A stretch of DNA of 64,000 nt from Candidatus Latescibacterota bacterium (GTDB lineage Bacteria > Latescibacterota > UBA2968). This document shows, in pieces, positions 28,345-37,371 of the stretch; positions within the stretch are counted from its first letter, which is position 1, and the number at the start of each line of letters is the position of its first letter. The stretch is from NCBI GenBank assembly GCA_965222605.1, contig OZ244960.1, positions 6,274,377-6,338,376 on the forward strand, in the 5' to 3' direction. The notes beneath the pieces were generated by a model. That model saw nothing but the letters and a program-made list of their open reading frames with translations, was not told the DNA's origin and did no database searches. The position numbers and the translations under genes were made by a program.

Positions 28345-28532
28345 TCACTCTGTTGAATATAGCCTGCGTCTAAATTCATCGAGATTGGACACCTGTATCG
28401 CCGCGCGGAGCAACTGCTTGAGGCGTTGCAAGTCATCGATGGCGGCAATGCGAGCAGATAGAGGGTCTGTCTCGCGGAGATCAATCGAATCTCCAATACT
28501 TCCCGGATACTTTCCTGAATACCTTGTTCAAT
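28345..28532 (-). pseudogene. Orphan 3' end of a second Rpn-family allele
   Basis: IEQGIQESIREVLEIR(frameshift)DLRETDPLSARIAAIDDLQRLKQLLRAAIQVSNLDEFRRRLYSTE*, colinear with 30680-30832. Confidence 0.85.
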
Positions 28533-28563
28533 GAGGCGTTAAGCGGTTTTGACCAGTTCTTTC

Positions 28564-28593
28564 TTGACAAGTACTCGCTTAATGCCATATCCT
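28564..28593 (+). promoter_or_regulatory. Sigma70-like promoter for the ATPase cassette
   Basis: TTGACA-N18-TATCCT. Confidence 0.45.
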
Positions 28594-28670
28594 GATCACG
28601 GCATGGGCATCATGACGGTTTGCAATGCCAATCAGGTCGCTTGGGAAGCTTTTTATATGGTGAGGATACT

Positions 28671-29684
28671 ATGAGCCTGACAAAATTGAAGCTAAAACAA
28701 TTTACCGCGTTTTCAGAGTTAGACCTGACACTTTCCCCCGGCATTAATGTTTTTATGGGTGGAAACAGCACGGGCAAGACCCATCTTATGAAGGTTTGTT
28801 ATGCGGCGTGTGACGTCGCTAAAACGGGTGATCCATTCGCAGAGAAGTTGATTCGGGTATTTCTTCCATCGGGCCGCGCTTTGGGGCGCCTGGTCAAACG
28901 CCAAAGGGGGCGGAACAGAGGCGTTGTAGAAGTATGTCGCGGCAATCGGAAACTGCGAGCTTCGTTTTCTACCTACAGCAAGGTAGCGGATTCCGCCACG
29001 ATAACAGGTGCCAACCGCTGGACAGATTCATCATTGGAGAGCGTCTATATTCCGGTTAAGGAAATGCTTGCCAATGCACCCGGGTTCTCTTCGCTTTATG
29101 CGAGACGCGAAATCCACTTTGAAGAAGTCTATGCGGATATTCTGGATCGTGCCTATCTTCCGGTACGGCGTGGTCCTATGGACAGGCTTCGCAAGCGTCT
29201 GCTCGTCATTCTGCAAAAGGCCATGGACGGGAAGGTCGCAGTTAATAATGACGAATTTTTCCTGCGTAATAGACGGGGAAATCTCGAGTTTTCTCTGCTC
29301 GCAGAGGGAATGCGTAAACTGGGTCTATTGTGGATTTTGATACAGAACCAGGTCTTGCAGAAAGACTCAGTGCTGTTTTGGGATGAGCCTGAGACCAACC
29401 TGAACCCAAAGTTGTTTGGCACATTGATGAACGTCCTGCTGGAATTACAGCGCGCTGGCGTTCAAATATTCTTCGCTACTCATGATTACGTCATCCTCAA
29501 AGAGCTTGACCTACGAAAAAAAGATGATGATGCAGTGGCTTTCCATTCGCTATATCGAGATGAGGCAGGTGAAGTAGCTTGCCACACGACAAATAACTAT
29601 CCCGATATCCATCCCAATGCGATTGCAGAAGCATTCACCGACCTTTACGACCGGGAGATTGAGCGCAGTTTGGGGGGGGACTGA
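28671..29684 (+). CDS. ABC/AAA ATPase (AAA_21 family)
   Basis: GAGGA RBS, GGNSTGKT, LAEGMRK, LFWDEPETNL, ATHD. Confidence 0.9.
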   Translation: MSLTKLKLKQFTAFSELDLTLSPGINVFMGGNSTGKTHLMKVCYAACDVAKTGDPFAEKLIRVFLPSGRALGRLVKRQRGRNRGVVEVCRGNRKLRASFSTYSKVADSATITGANRWTDSSLESVYIPVKEMLANAPGFSSLYARREIHFEEVYADILDRAYLPVRRGPMDRLRKRLLVILQKAMDGKVAVNNDEFFLRNRRGNLEFSLLAEGMRKLGLLWILIQNQVLQKDSVLFWDEPETNLNPKLFGTLMNVLLELQRAGVQIFFATHDYVILKELDLRKKDDDAVAFHSLYRDEAGEVACHTTNNYPDIHPNAIAEAFTDLYDREIERSLGGD

Positions 29685-30190
29685 TGACGGCGGTACTCAC
29701 GGAAGGCAATTTGCAAATCACAATAAGTGACGCAGTAAGTCAACGAAAATTTGACGATGCCAGCCACGGACTGAGCCATTGTATGAAGGCAGTGGATTTC
29801 GTGGTTGAGCTCTCTGACCGCTATCTGTTTATCGAAATCAAGGACCCTCAAGCTCCTCGGACTATGTCAGCAACTGCTAATAATTACTTTCAAGAATTTC
29901 AAAACGGCCAGATTGACGAAGACCTGAAGTACAAATATAGGGACTCCTTTCTCTACGAATGGGCGGCCGGACGAGCCAACAAACCCGTTTATTACCTGGT
30001 GCTGATTGCCCTGGATACTTTGAGCGAACCCAGTTTGCTCGCCAGAACAGATGCGTTGAAGCAGAAGTTGCCTTTGCAGGGGCCAAGTTCCAATCCGTGG
30101 CCTCGACCGATTGTCAACGGCTGTAGTGTGTTCAACATAGCTTCGTGGAACAGACGCTTCCCAAAATATCCCGTCGAGCGATTGCCGTGA
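29684..30190 (+). CDS. Hypothetical protein, PD-(D/E)xK-like nuclease candidate, coupled to the ATPase
   Basis: TGATG overlap; KAVDFVVE...LFIEIKD motif. Confidence 0.7.
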   Translation: MTAVLTEGNLQITISDAVSQRKFDDASHGLSHCMKAVDFVVELSDRYLFIEIKDPQAPRTMSATANNYFQEFQNGQIDEDLKYKYRDSFLYEWAAGRANKPVYYLVLIALDTLSEPSLLARTDALKQKLPLQGPSSNPWPRPIVNGCSVFNIASWNRRFPKYPVERLP

Positions 30191-30200
30191 AAGCCTCAAA

Positions 30201-30351
30201 CTGAATGGTGCGTTGCCTCAAAGCCTGACAAGATTGACAAAGCTGGAGAGATTTAACTTTGGGGGTGAAGGAGGGCGCGCCGCTTGATGCAGCCTTTCAA
30301 ACATGGATTCAGGGTATTAAAGATGCCAATGGCCCGAATTGCTCGGGGTAG
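30201..30351 (+). pseudogene. Orphan 3' end of a second LRR-gene allele
   Basis: LNGALPQSLTRLTKLERFNFGGEG(frameshift)APLDAAFQTWIQGIKDANGPNCSG*, colinear with 27970-28122. Confidence 0.85.
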
Positions 30352-30379
30352 GCGTTATTGGGCGCGTTGACGCCACCCT

Positions 30380-30595
30380 CTTATTCTCCCCCTCTGTTGC
30401 CTGACAAGTGTGACGACTTCCTGCGTAGAGATATCTGCCTCGATTGGAGGAACATCCAGAGGTGATACGGGGGGCGTTCTGGCACAAGGGCATAAGTCCT
30501 GCCGTCTTTTCTGCGTATAAGGACCTTGTTGACTCGGCTTTGTCGAGCACGCTGGAGAGTTTTTGTCTGGCTTCCGAGTATGTATATACTTCCAT
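30380..30595 (-). pseudogene. Phd/YefM-family antitoxin, frameshifted
   Basis: MEVYTYSEARQKLSSVLDKAES..., continuing in other frames to SPLDVPPIEADISTQEVV. Confidence 0.7.
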
Positions 30596-30625
30596 CTTAC
30601 CCCTCTAAATCCCGGTCCATAAAGC

Positions 30626-30665
30626 ACGCCCCGGCACAATGATGCGGCTGGGGCGTGTTCTTTTT
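30626..30665. terminator. Hairpin repeat, copy 1 (also at 32902-32936)
   Basis: ACGCCCCGGCACAATGATGCGGCTGGGGCGTGTTCTTT. Confidence 0.7.
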
Positions 30666-30679
30666 GTTGGGCAATCGCG

Positions 30680-30943
30680 TCACTCTGTTGAATATAGCCT
30701 GCGTCTAAATTCATCGAGACTGGACACCTGGACCGCCGCACGATGCAACTGTTTGAGGCGTTGCAAATCGTCGATGGCGGCAATGCGAGCAGATAGGGGG
30801 TCTGTCTCGCGGAGATCAAATCGAATCTCCAACACGTCAAGGAGATCTTCAATAGCGCGTTCTCTACCCCCTTGCTCTCTGGCTTCCTCTCTGCTTTGTT
30901 GGGTAAGGTGTTGAAAAAGAGATGATTCGCGGATGAGATCCAT
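30680..30943 (-). CDS. Predicted intragenic small protein (RpnS-type antitoxin, 87 aa)
   Basis: In-frame AAGGAGG-GTATC-ATG inside rpn (codons K-E-G-I-M). Confidence 0.6.
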   Translation of the reverse strand: MDLIRESSLFQHLTQQSREEAREQGGRERAIEDLLDVLEIRFDLRETDPLSARIAAIDDLQRLKQLHRAAVQVSSLDEFRRRLYSTE

Positions 30944-31582
30944 GATACCCTCCTTCAAAATAATATCAGAAATGGTTTCAGACTCATATACCAACTCACT
31001 CAATGCCACCATGCCAGCGAGATAATCCGCCCTATATGACCGAGCGATAGGGCGCGTCCGAGCCGTGTGAATACACTGATGCAACCACGCTTCCGAGGCC
31101 ATCCCTTCAGGTGGCTTCATCAGAGGTGTGAAAGGGATCAGCCCCGATTGCCCCGCATTGAGGACGCGCTGACCTTCGATCTCAATTAGCCTGATCACCT
31201 TGTACTGAATTGCGATTTGGTATCCGGGACGCTCCTGGACATAGTACCCGGGATCGCGCCGTCCAGCATCGGGACGCAGGTAGATCACGTTGGAATATAT
31301 CGGCAGGCCGTGATGCTCAATGATACGTCCGATATAGCCAGCCATTCGGCGAGGCATGGGTGGATTAGTACTGTCAGTCGTTTGAAACTCGTTGTGGACC
31401 AATGCCTCCTCGCCATCAATGCTCACGCGAATCAGGCTATCCGTCTGGTGTGCTTCAATAGTGAGTTGCTCTGTGTCAACGACCGCAAGAACCTCAACGT
31501 CCTCACGCCCGAAGGTGAAGTTAGCGAAGTCGTCGGGATAGTGTTGAATCAGGTGTTTGGATATCGTATCAAATTCTGCCAT
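30680..31582 (-). CDS. Rpn family (recombination-promoting nuclease / YhgA-like PD-(D/E)xK) protein
   Basis: FDTISKHL...TDSLIRV...LVHNEFQT...MPRRMAGY...VIYL; C-terminal ESS...EQG...LEIRF...LKQL. Confidence 0.85.
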   Translation of the reverse strand: MAEFDTISKHLIQHYPDDFANFTFGREDVEVLAVVDTEQLTIEAHQTDSLIRVSIDGEEALVHNEFQTTDSTNPPMPRRMAGYIGRIIEHHGLPIYSNVIYLRPDAGRRDPGYYVQERPGYQIAIQYKVIRLIEIEGQRVLNAGQSGLIPFTPLMKPPEGMASEAWLHQCIHTARTRPIARSYRADYLAGMVALSELVYESETISDIILKEGIMDLIRESSLFQHLTQQSREEAREQGGRERAIEDLLDVLEIRFDLRETDPLSARIAAIDDLQRLKQLHRAAVQVSSLDEFRRRLYSTE

Positions 31583-32111
31583 GTGAGATGCCTCAGGTCT
31601 GAGAGTTGGTCGTATTTTGGACAAACGCAACAGTCAGACCTCAAGCAAATATCAAGCCAAAAAATGCAATTATCACAGAATTGAGCGATAAAAGGAGGCT
31701 CGACAGAAACTCAGGCACCTCATTATGCCTTCAATATGCTGTATTGCGGTCTTGTTCACAACTTGAATTTAAGGATCACTTGTAGAAGCGGAGATGGAGG
31801 AGCACAAGCGTTGGCGGCAAAAGTGTATATTTTGAGCGATGGATGAGCGGTATGGTGAAAGATATGTACTTCTCACCCAACGGTAGCATTACCATAAGTG
31901 GCTGCTTTTTTATTGAATGGTCTGACAAAATTTACAGCCGCTATATTGCCCCATGTACTCAATTTCCTTATATTGATTTGGTTCAGGCAAGTTATTTCCC
32001 GGTCCCACTGATTGGGTGATGAATAAAGGTGACTGGATACATGGCCTCATCGACTCTGACAAGGTGTCCGGTATCAAATGGATTCGGGAGTTCTGGAAAA
32101 GGATAGAATCT

Positions 32112-32393
32112 ATGAAGACAAGCAACGACAAAGCGATGGATGACACCAAAACTATCGAGGCATCGGAGTTCAAGATCAAGTGTCTGAAGCTCATGGACGA
32201 GGTTGCTGAAACCGGCGAAGATATTGTCATTACCAGGAACGGCCGCCCGGTTTCGAGGCTCGCACCGTATTGGAAAAAGCCGAAGACACTTTGGGGCATT
32301 GACCGCGAAAGATTCGAGATACTTGGTGATATCATCGAGCCAATTGACGTGGAATGGGAGGCCGAAACCGGTAATATACGAGAACGAAGATAG
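32112..32393 (+). CDS. Phd/YefM-family antitoxin (orphan)
   Basis: IEASEFKIKCLKLMDEVAETGEDIVITRNGRPVSRLAP...GDIIEPIDVEWEA. No PIN toxin follows. Confidence 0.85.
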   Translation: MKTSNDKAMDDTKTIEASEFKIKCLKLMDEVAETGEDIVITRNGRPVSRLAPYWKKPKTLWGIDRERFEILGDIIEPIDVEWEAETGNIRERR

Positions 32394-32403
32394 GAAATTT
32401 GGG

Positions 32404-32859
32404 ATGGATGAGTATCAGTATCAGTTGTTGAGTAAATGGAGCCTGAATTACCATGCACGAGACGCCGCGCTTCGGGAGACGCCTTTCATAGCTAATGAGA
32501 TGGGCTTTCGGTGGGTCAAAGACCTCACCGCCTTTGATCTGTGGGGGCTGATTGACAATGCCGACACGTCGGGCATTCCAACAAACGAGTTGAGAAGCTT
32601 CCGGCGCGCCGATCTGATTATAGAGGCCACCGACCAGGACGATAATCCCTGCTACATTGCCGTGGAAATCTCTTTTACTGCCAATGGGCGGGACACCAGC
32701 CGCGCCCTCCGAAATGCCGGATTCCTGACCAGGTTTACCGGTAAATACGCATATCCTGCTGTTGTCGGCTTGCGCCGAGATGACCGGATCCAGGATCTCA
32801 TCGACTCTGGCGAGGTGTTCTGGTATCAACTGGATGCGGAAGTTCTGGAAGCGGAATAA
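32404..32859 (+). pseudogene. Probable C-terminal fragment of a PD-(D/E)xK-like hypothetical protein
   Basis: ADLIIEA...YIAVEISFT...DTSRA pattern; no clear start or RBS. Confidence 0.5.
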
Positions 32860-32901
32860 TCACCTGGTACAATTGACCACGACAATCGAACGACAAAAAG
32901 T

Positions 32902-32936
32902 ACGCCCCGGCACAACGATGCTGGGGCGTGTTCTTT
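32902..32936. repeat. Hairpin repeat, copy 2
   Basis: ACGCCCCGGCACAACGATGCTGGGGCGTGTTCTTT matches 30626-30663. Confidence 0.7.
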
Positions 32937-33136
32937 GGGGGTGGGGTATCCTGATCATCCTTGCATCACTGGATAGAACCACTCCAGTGCTGGCTCTGCT
33001 TATCCTGATCCTTTTTTTTCTTGTATGGTCAGTCTTGAATCACTAACTTGTCGAAACTCGGTGAGACATTTGTGCGTCTCATTTCGATCTCAGCAATATC
33101 AGCAAGTCATTTTAATCCGGTTATCTGGAGGTTTTT

Positions 33137-34900
33137 ATGCGCAGACGAATTGGTCGCATTTTTGCATGGATTGGTGCAATTACAGTCGGGCTAGTCGTCG
33201 TCGTGACCGTCTTGTTAGTTGTCGTGGCATTGAAATCTGGTGAAGATCCCGTGCCAGATCGGGTAATTTTGGAGATCAACCTGGAGCAGGGAGTTGCAGA
33301 GTATGTGCCCGAAGATCCGTTTGCAAAATTGATTGCAGACGAGACGCGCTCGTTGCGCGATGTGGTCGGTGCTTTAGACGCGGCGGCTTCGGATAACCGC
33401 GTTGTGGGATTGCTGGCTCGAGGAGGAGGCGCGCCGATGGGTTTTGCACAGGCGCAAGAAATAAGAGACGCTGTTCTTGCTTTTGGAAAAAGCGGAAAAC
33501 CCACCGCGATTTTTGCCGAGACATTTGGCGAATTTGGGCCTGGCAATGTCGGATATTATCTGGCGACAGCATTTGAGCACATCTATCTCCAACCTTCGGG
33601 CGATGTGGGTTTGATCGGACTGGCGATGGAGCATCCCTTTGTCAGGGGAACCCTGGATTCGCTTGGGATTGGGGTGCAGATGGATCACCGATATGAGTAT
33701 AAAAATGCGATGAATCTATTTACCGAAACCAAATTTACGGACGCACACCGCGAGGCGAGTGAGGTACTTTTGAAGTCGATGGTCAATCAGATGGTCCTGG
33801 GTATTTCACGGGCGCGGGGCACAACGCCCGAAGCCGTGCGCGATCTCATCAATCGCGGGCCTTTTTTAGCATTGTCTGCCCATGCCGAAGGCCTGGTAGA
33901 TAGCCTGGCGTATTGGGATGAGGTGCGCGATCTCATGAAGCGCGAGCACGGTAAAGATGCCAAATGGCTGGATATAAAGAATTATCTCAAGCGCATGGAT
34001 GAAAAGCCATATAGTGAAGGAACAAAGGTGGCGTTGATCTACGGCGTGGGACCAGTGCATCGCGGCAAGAGCGATTACGATCCCTTCTCTGCGTCTGGCA
34101 CAATGGGCGCGAGTACGCTGACTAAAGCCTTTCGCTCGGCTGTGAAGGATAAGGATGTGCGTGCAATTTTGTTTCGAATAGACTCTCCCGGTGGGTCTTA
34201 CGTTGCCTCAGATGCGATCTGGCGCGAGGTTGCCAATGCAAAGAACGCGGATAAACCAGTAGTTGTATCAATGGGCAATGTGGCTGGTTCTGGGGGATAT
34301 TTTGTGGCGATGAATGCCGATAAAATTGTAGCGCAACCCGGCAGCATCACGGGATCCATAGGGGTGTTAGCAGGAAAATTTGTGACAACTGAATTTTGGG
34401 AACGTCTGGGTATGACATGGGATACGGCGCAAGTGGGCGAAAATGCGCTGATATGGGGCTCGGGTACAGAATTTACCCCCGAACAATGGGCGAAATTTCA
34501 GATGTGGTTAGACCGCATTTACGAAGATTTTACGGCAAAGGTGGGCAAAGGACGCAATATGTCACAGGCAGATGTTCACGCTGTGGCAAAGGGGCGGATC
34601 TGGACTGGGGAGGATGCCAAGAAGCACGGCCTGATCGATGAATTGGGCGGCATGAAGACCGCGATGCATCTGATTCGGGAGGCATTGGAATTGGAAGCTG
34701 ATAAATCTCTTAATCTCGTAGTATTTCCCAAAGAAAAGACACTGATAGAACAGGTGCTGGAAAAAGGACTGATCCGCACGCTGAGTAATGGCGATGCGTT
34801 GATGAAACTCGCCACAGATTTGCAACCCGTTTTTCACTTTGTGCATACAGTGGGGCAGCCGAGACAGGTTCTGGAGATGGCCCCCCTGGATATTCGATAG
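33137..34900 (+). CDS. sppA: Signal peptide peptidase SppA (67K type)
   Basis: Two S49 domains; RIDSPGGS, VVSMGNVAGSGGY, TGSIGV, GRIWTGEDA...GLIDELGG. Confidence 0.93.
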   Translation: MRRRIGRIFAWIGAITVGLVVVVTVLLVVVALKSGEDPVPDRVILEINLEQGVAEYVPEDPFAKLIADETRSLRDVVGALDAAASDNRVVGLLARGGGAPMGFAQAQEIRDAVLAFGKSGKPTAIFAETFGEFGPGNVGYYLATAFEHIYLQPSGDVGLIGLAMEHPFVRGTLDSLGIGVQMDHRYEYKNAMNLFTETKFTDAHREASEVLLKSMVNQMVLGISRARGTTPEAVRDLINRGPFLALSAHAEGLVDSLAYWDEVRDLMKREHGKDAKWLDIKNYLKRMDEKPYSEGTKVALIYGVGPVHRGKSDYDPFSASGTMGASTLTKAFRSAVKDKDVRAILFRIDSPGGSYVASDAIWREVANAKNADKPVVVSMGNVAGSGGYFVAMNADKIVAQPGSITGSIGVLAGKFVTTEFWERLGMTWDTAQVGENALIWGSGTEFTPEQWAKFQMWLDRIYEDFTAKVGKGRNMSQADVHAVAKGRIWTGEDAKKHGLIDELGGMKTAMHLIREALELEADKSLNLVVFPKEKTLIEQVLEKGLIRTLSNGDALMKLATDLQPVFHFVHTVGQPRQVLEMAPLDIR

Positions 34901-34914
34901 CAAAGGAGGACAAG

Positions 34915-35682
34915 ATGATTACCGCAGATTTTGAAGCGTATTTGACCGATGATTGGTACGGACAGCAGATCACGGTTGATGCATTGCTGGAATGTGAGGC
35001 CGAAGCGGGGTTTAAGATGGCGGTGGTAATGCCGCAGACCAAACCCGTCCCGGACAATGATGGGTTGCTCGATAAGACAGCGGGATACCCTCAACTTTTG
35101 CCCTGCCCGCTTATGGATCCGCATCGAGGTGAAGAAGGTGTTGCTGCGCTAAAGGCGTATGTGGATCGCGGTGCTCAGGGCGTGAAGCTGATGGGTGCTA
35201 TTCACAAATACAATGTGGATGATCCCATGGTCATTCCATTTGTCGAGGCGGCGCGAGACCTGGGGATTGTGGTATCGATTCATTCTGGACGCGACAACTG
35301 CAGTGCCGAGCGTATTGGCAATGTGGCGCGCCAAGTGCCCGGTGTGCCGATTATCATGGATCACATGGGCTTTCCGGATGGGTTTGACACAGCCCTTGAG
35401 GTGTGTCGGGAATGCCCCGATGTATATCTGGGTACAACGATTCTGCGATTTCACAAATTGTGGGCAATTAATCCCGAAGAGACCGTGCCACATGAGGTCA
35501 AACAGGCCGTTGAAGAATTAGGACCCGAACGGATCGTTTTTGGGTCCAATTTGCCGGAATATCGCCCGATTCAGGTCAAGCGGGCGATTCAACGGTTGAA
35601 ATTGGGCGCCGAGTCGGAAGCACTGATTTTCGGGGGTAATTTGGGGCGGATTTATGGGATTGAAGACGTACAGTATCGCTAA
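34915..35682 (+). CDS. Amidohydrolase_2 family protein
   Basis: GVKL, VSIHSG, IIMDHMG, ERIVFGSNLP, IFGGN. Confidence 0.85.
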   Translation: MITADFEAYLTDDWYGQQITVDALLECEAEAGFKMAVVMPQTKPVPDNDGLLDKTAGYPQLLPCPLMDPHRGEEGVAALKAYVDRGAQGVKLMGAIHKYNVDDPMVIPFVEAARDLGIVVSIHSGRDNCSAERIGNVARQVPGVPIIMDHMGFPDGFDTALEVCRECPDVYLGTTILRFHKLWAINPEETVPHEVKQAVEELGPERIVFGSNLPEYRPIQVKRAIQRLKLGAESEALIFGGNLGRIYGIEDVQYR

Positions 35683-35718
35683 CGGCTACAGCTTAACTCA
35701 CAGGAGGTTATTTACAGA

Positions 35719-36663
35719 ATGATTCGAGTTGAGAATTTGGAGAAGTACTACGGCGACATTCATGCACTTAAGGGCATTGATTTTGAAATTGGCGACGGAG
35801 AAATCGTCGGGTTCTTAGGTGCAAATGGCGCGGGTAAATCCACGGCATTGAAAATTATGACGGGGTTTTTAGCACCCAGTGCCGGCAATGTATTTATAGA
35901 CGACCTGAATATCCAGGACCATTCGCTGGATATTCGCGAGCAAATCGGCTATTTGCCCGAAATGAACCCCCTGTACGGAGAAATGAGAGTATATGACTAT
36001 CTCGAGTTTATATCTCAAATTCGCGGCATGGAAGCCACAGAGTTCAAAACGGCTTTGGATCGCGTAGTCGAACAGTGTGGTTTGCGCGCTGTGATTCATC
36101 TGCCCATTTCTTCTTGCTCAAAGGGATATAAACAGCGCGTCGGGCTGTCTGCCACGATTTTACACGATCCCGAGGTTTTGATCTTTGATGAGCCGGTCTC
36201 GGGGCTGGATCCCAACCAGATTGTGGAGATTCGGAACCTGATTCGGGAGTTAGGACAGCAGAAGATGGTGATTATATCCAGCCATATTTTGCAAGAGATT
36301 GAAGCCACAGTGGATCGTATTGTGATTATTGATCACGGCGAAATTGTGGCCAATGGGACGAATCGTGAGTTGATGGCGGGATTTATGGGGCGCACACAAC
36401 TGACGCTCGATGTAAAATACGCCAATGAAGATAGCCTCGCCGCGCTGACTAACAGTGTTGATGAGATCGAAGTTACCGATATACAGGCGGTGGATGGACG
36501 CAGTGTTTTGTCGATAGAATACGCCCGTGAGGTGGATCCTCGCGAGGCGATTTTTGATTATGCCAAAAACAGTGGCTGGGCCATTTTGGAGATGATGCAG
36601 AATCAGGTTCACCTCGAAGATGTGTTCCGCGGGTTAACAGGGGAAGGAGGGAGAGATGAATAA
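35719..36663 (+). CDS. ABC transporter ATP-binding protein (GldA-like)
   Basis: GANGAGKS, SKGYKQRVGL, DEPVSGLDPNQI. Confidence 0.9.
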   Translation: MIRVENLEKYYGDIHALKGIDFEIGDGEIVGFLGANGAGKSTALKIMTGFLAPSAGNVFIDDLNIQDHSLDIREQIGYLPEMNPLYGEMRVYDYLEFISQIRGMEATEFKTALDRVVEQCGLRAVIHLPISSCSKGYKQRVGLSATILHDPEVLIFDEPVSGLDPNQIVEIRNLIRELGQQKMVIISSHILQEIEATVDRIVIIDHGEIVANGTNRELMAGFMGRTQLTLDVKYANEDSLAALTNSVDEIEVTDIQAVDGRSVLSIEYAREVDPREAIFDYAKNSGWAILEMMQNQVHLEDVFRGLTGEGGRDE

Positions 36664-37369
36664 TATAATGGCGATTTACCGCAAAGAAGTCGGCGCGTAT
36701 TTTAAGAGTCCCATGGCGTATATTTTCCTGGTATTTTTCGCCTTGTTTAACGGGTATTTCTTTAGCAATACGTTCTTTTTGTTCAATCAGTCCGATATGC
36801 GGGCACTATTTAATATTACGCCGATGATTTATCTAATTTTTGTACCCGCGGTCACTATGGGAGTAATTGCACGTGAGAAAAGCGCGGGCACACACGAATT
36901 GATGGCGACACTGCCAATTAAAAATTTTGAACTTGTGATTGGGAAGTATTTGTCGGCATTTACTCTGGTGTTGGCCGGGTTGGGTTTTACGCTGATACAT
37001 TTTTTTACGCTTTTGGTTGTCGGGACCAATATCGACTACGGCGGAGTGATCTGCGGATATTTAGGACTGGCTCTGGTGGGGGCATTTTACGCAGCTATTG
37101 GCACGTTTACGAGTAGTTTGACGGATAATCAGGTCGTTGCATTTATTCTCGCTGCGGTATTTGTTTTGGGATTTTATCTTCTCGATAAGTTGCTGATTTT
37201 TGTGCCTGCGGCTCTTGCCGGACCCATTCAGTTTATGGCGGTTGATTACCATCTGTCCAATATGTCACGCGGGGTTGTCGATTCGCGTAATCTGGTGTAT
37301 TTCGGCTCGCTGATCTGGTTGTTTTTGGCACTTACAGTGCGCGGCATTGACATGCGGAAGTGGAGGTGA
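36656..37369 (+). CDS. ABC-2 permease (GldF-like)
   Basis: FKSPMAY...PAVTM...EKSAGTHEL...GKY...SSLTDNQVVA...RGVVDSR. Confidence 0.9.
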   Translation: MNNIMAIYRKEVGAYFKSPMAYIFLVFFALFNGYFFSNTFFLFNQSDMRALFNITPMIYLIFVPAVTMGVIAREKSAGTHELMATLPIKNFELVIGKYLSAFTLVLAGLGFTLIHFFTLLVVGTNIDYGGVICGYLGLALVGAFYAAIGTFTSSLTDNQVVAFILAAVFVLGFYLLDKLLIFVPAALAGPIQFMAVDYHLSNMSRGVVDSRNLVYFGSLIWLFLALTVRGIDMRKWR

Positions 37370-37371
37370 TC

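Noticed and set aside
31640-32110. Long intergenic stretch possibly holding an ncRNA or gene remnant
   Set aside because: I could not identify a stable structure or a recognisable protein motif in the frames I translated.
32762-33046. Hydrophobic 94-aa ORF
   Set aside because: It overlaps another gene's end, runs through the hairpin repeat and lacks an RBS.
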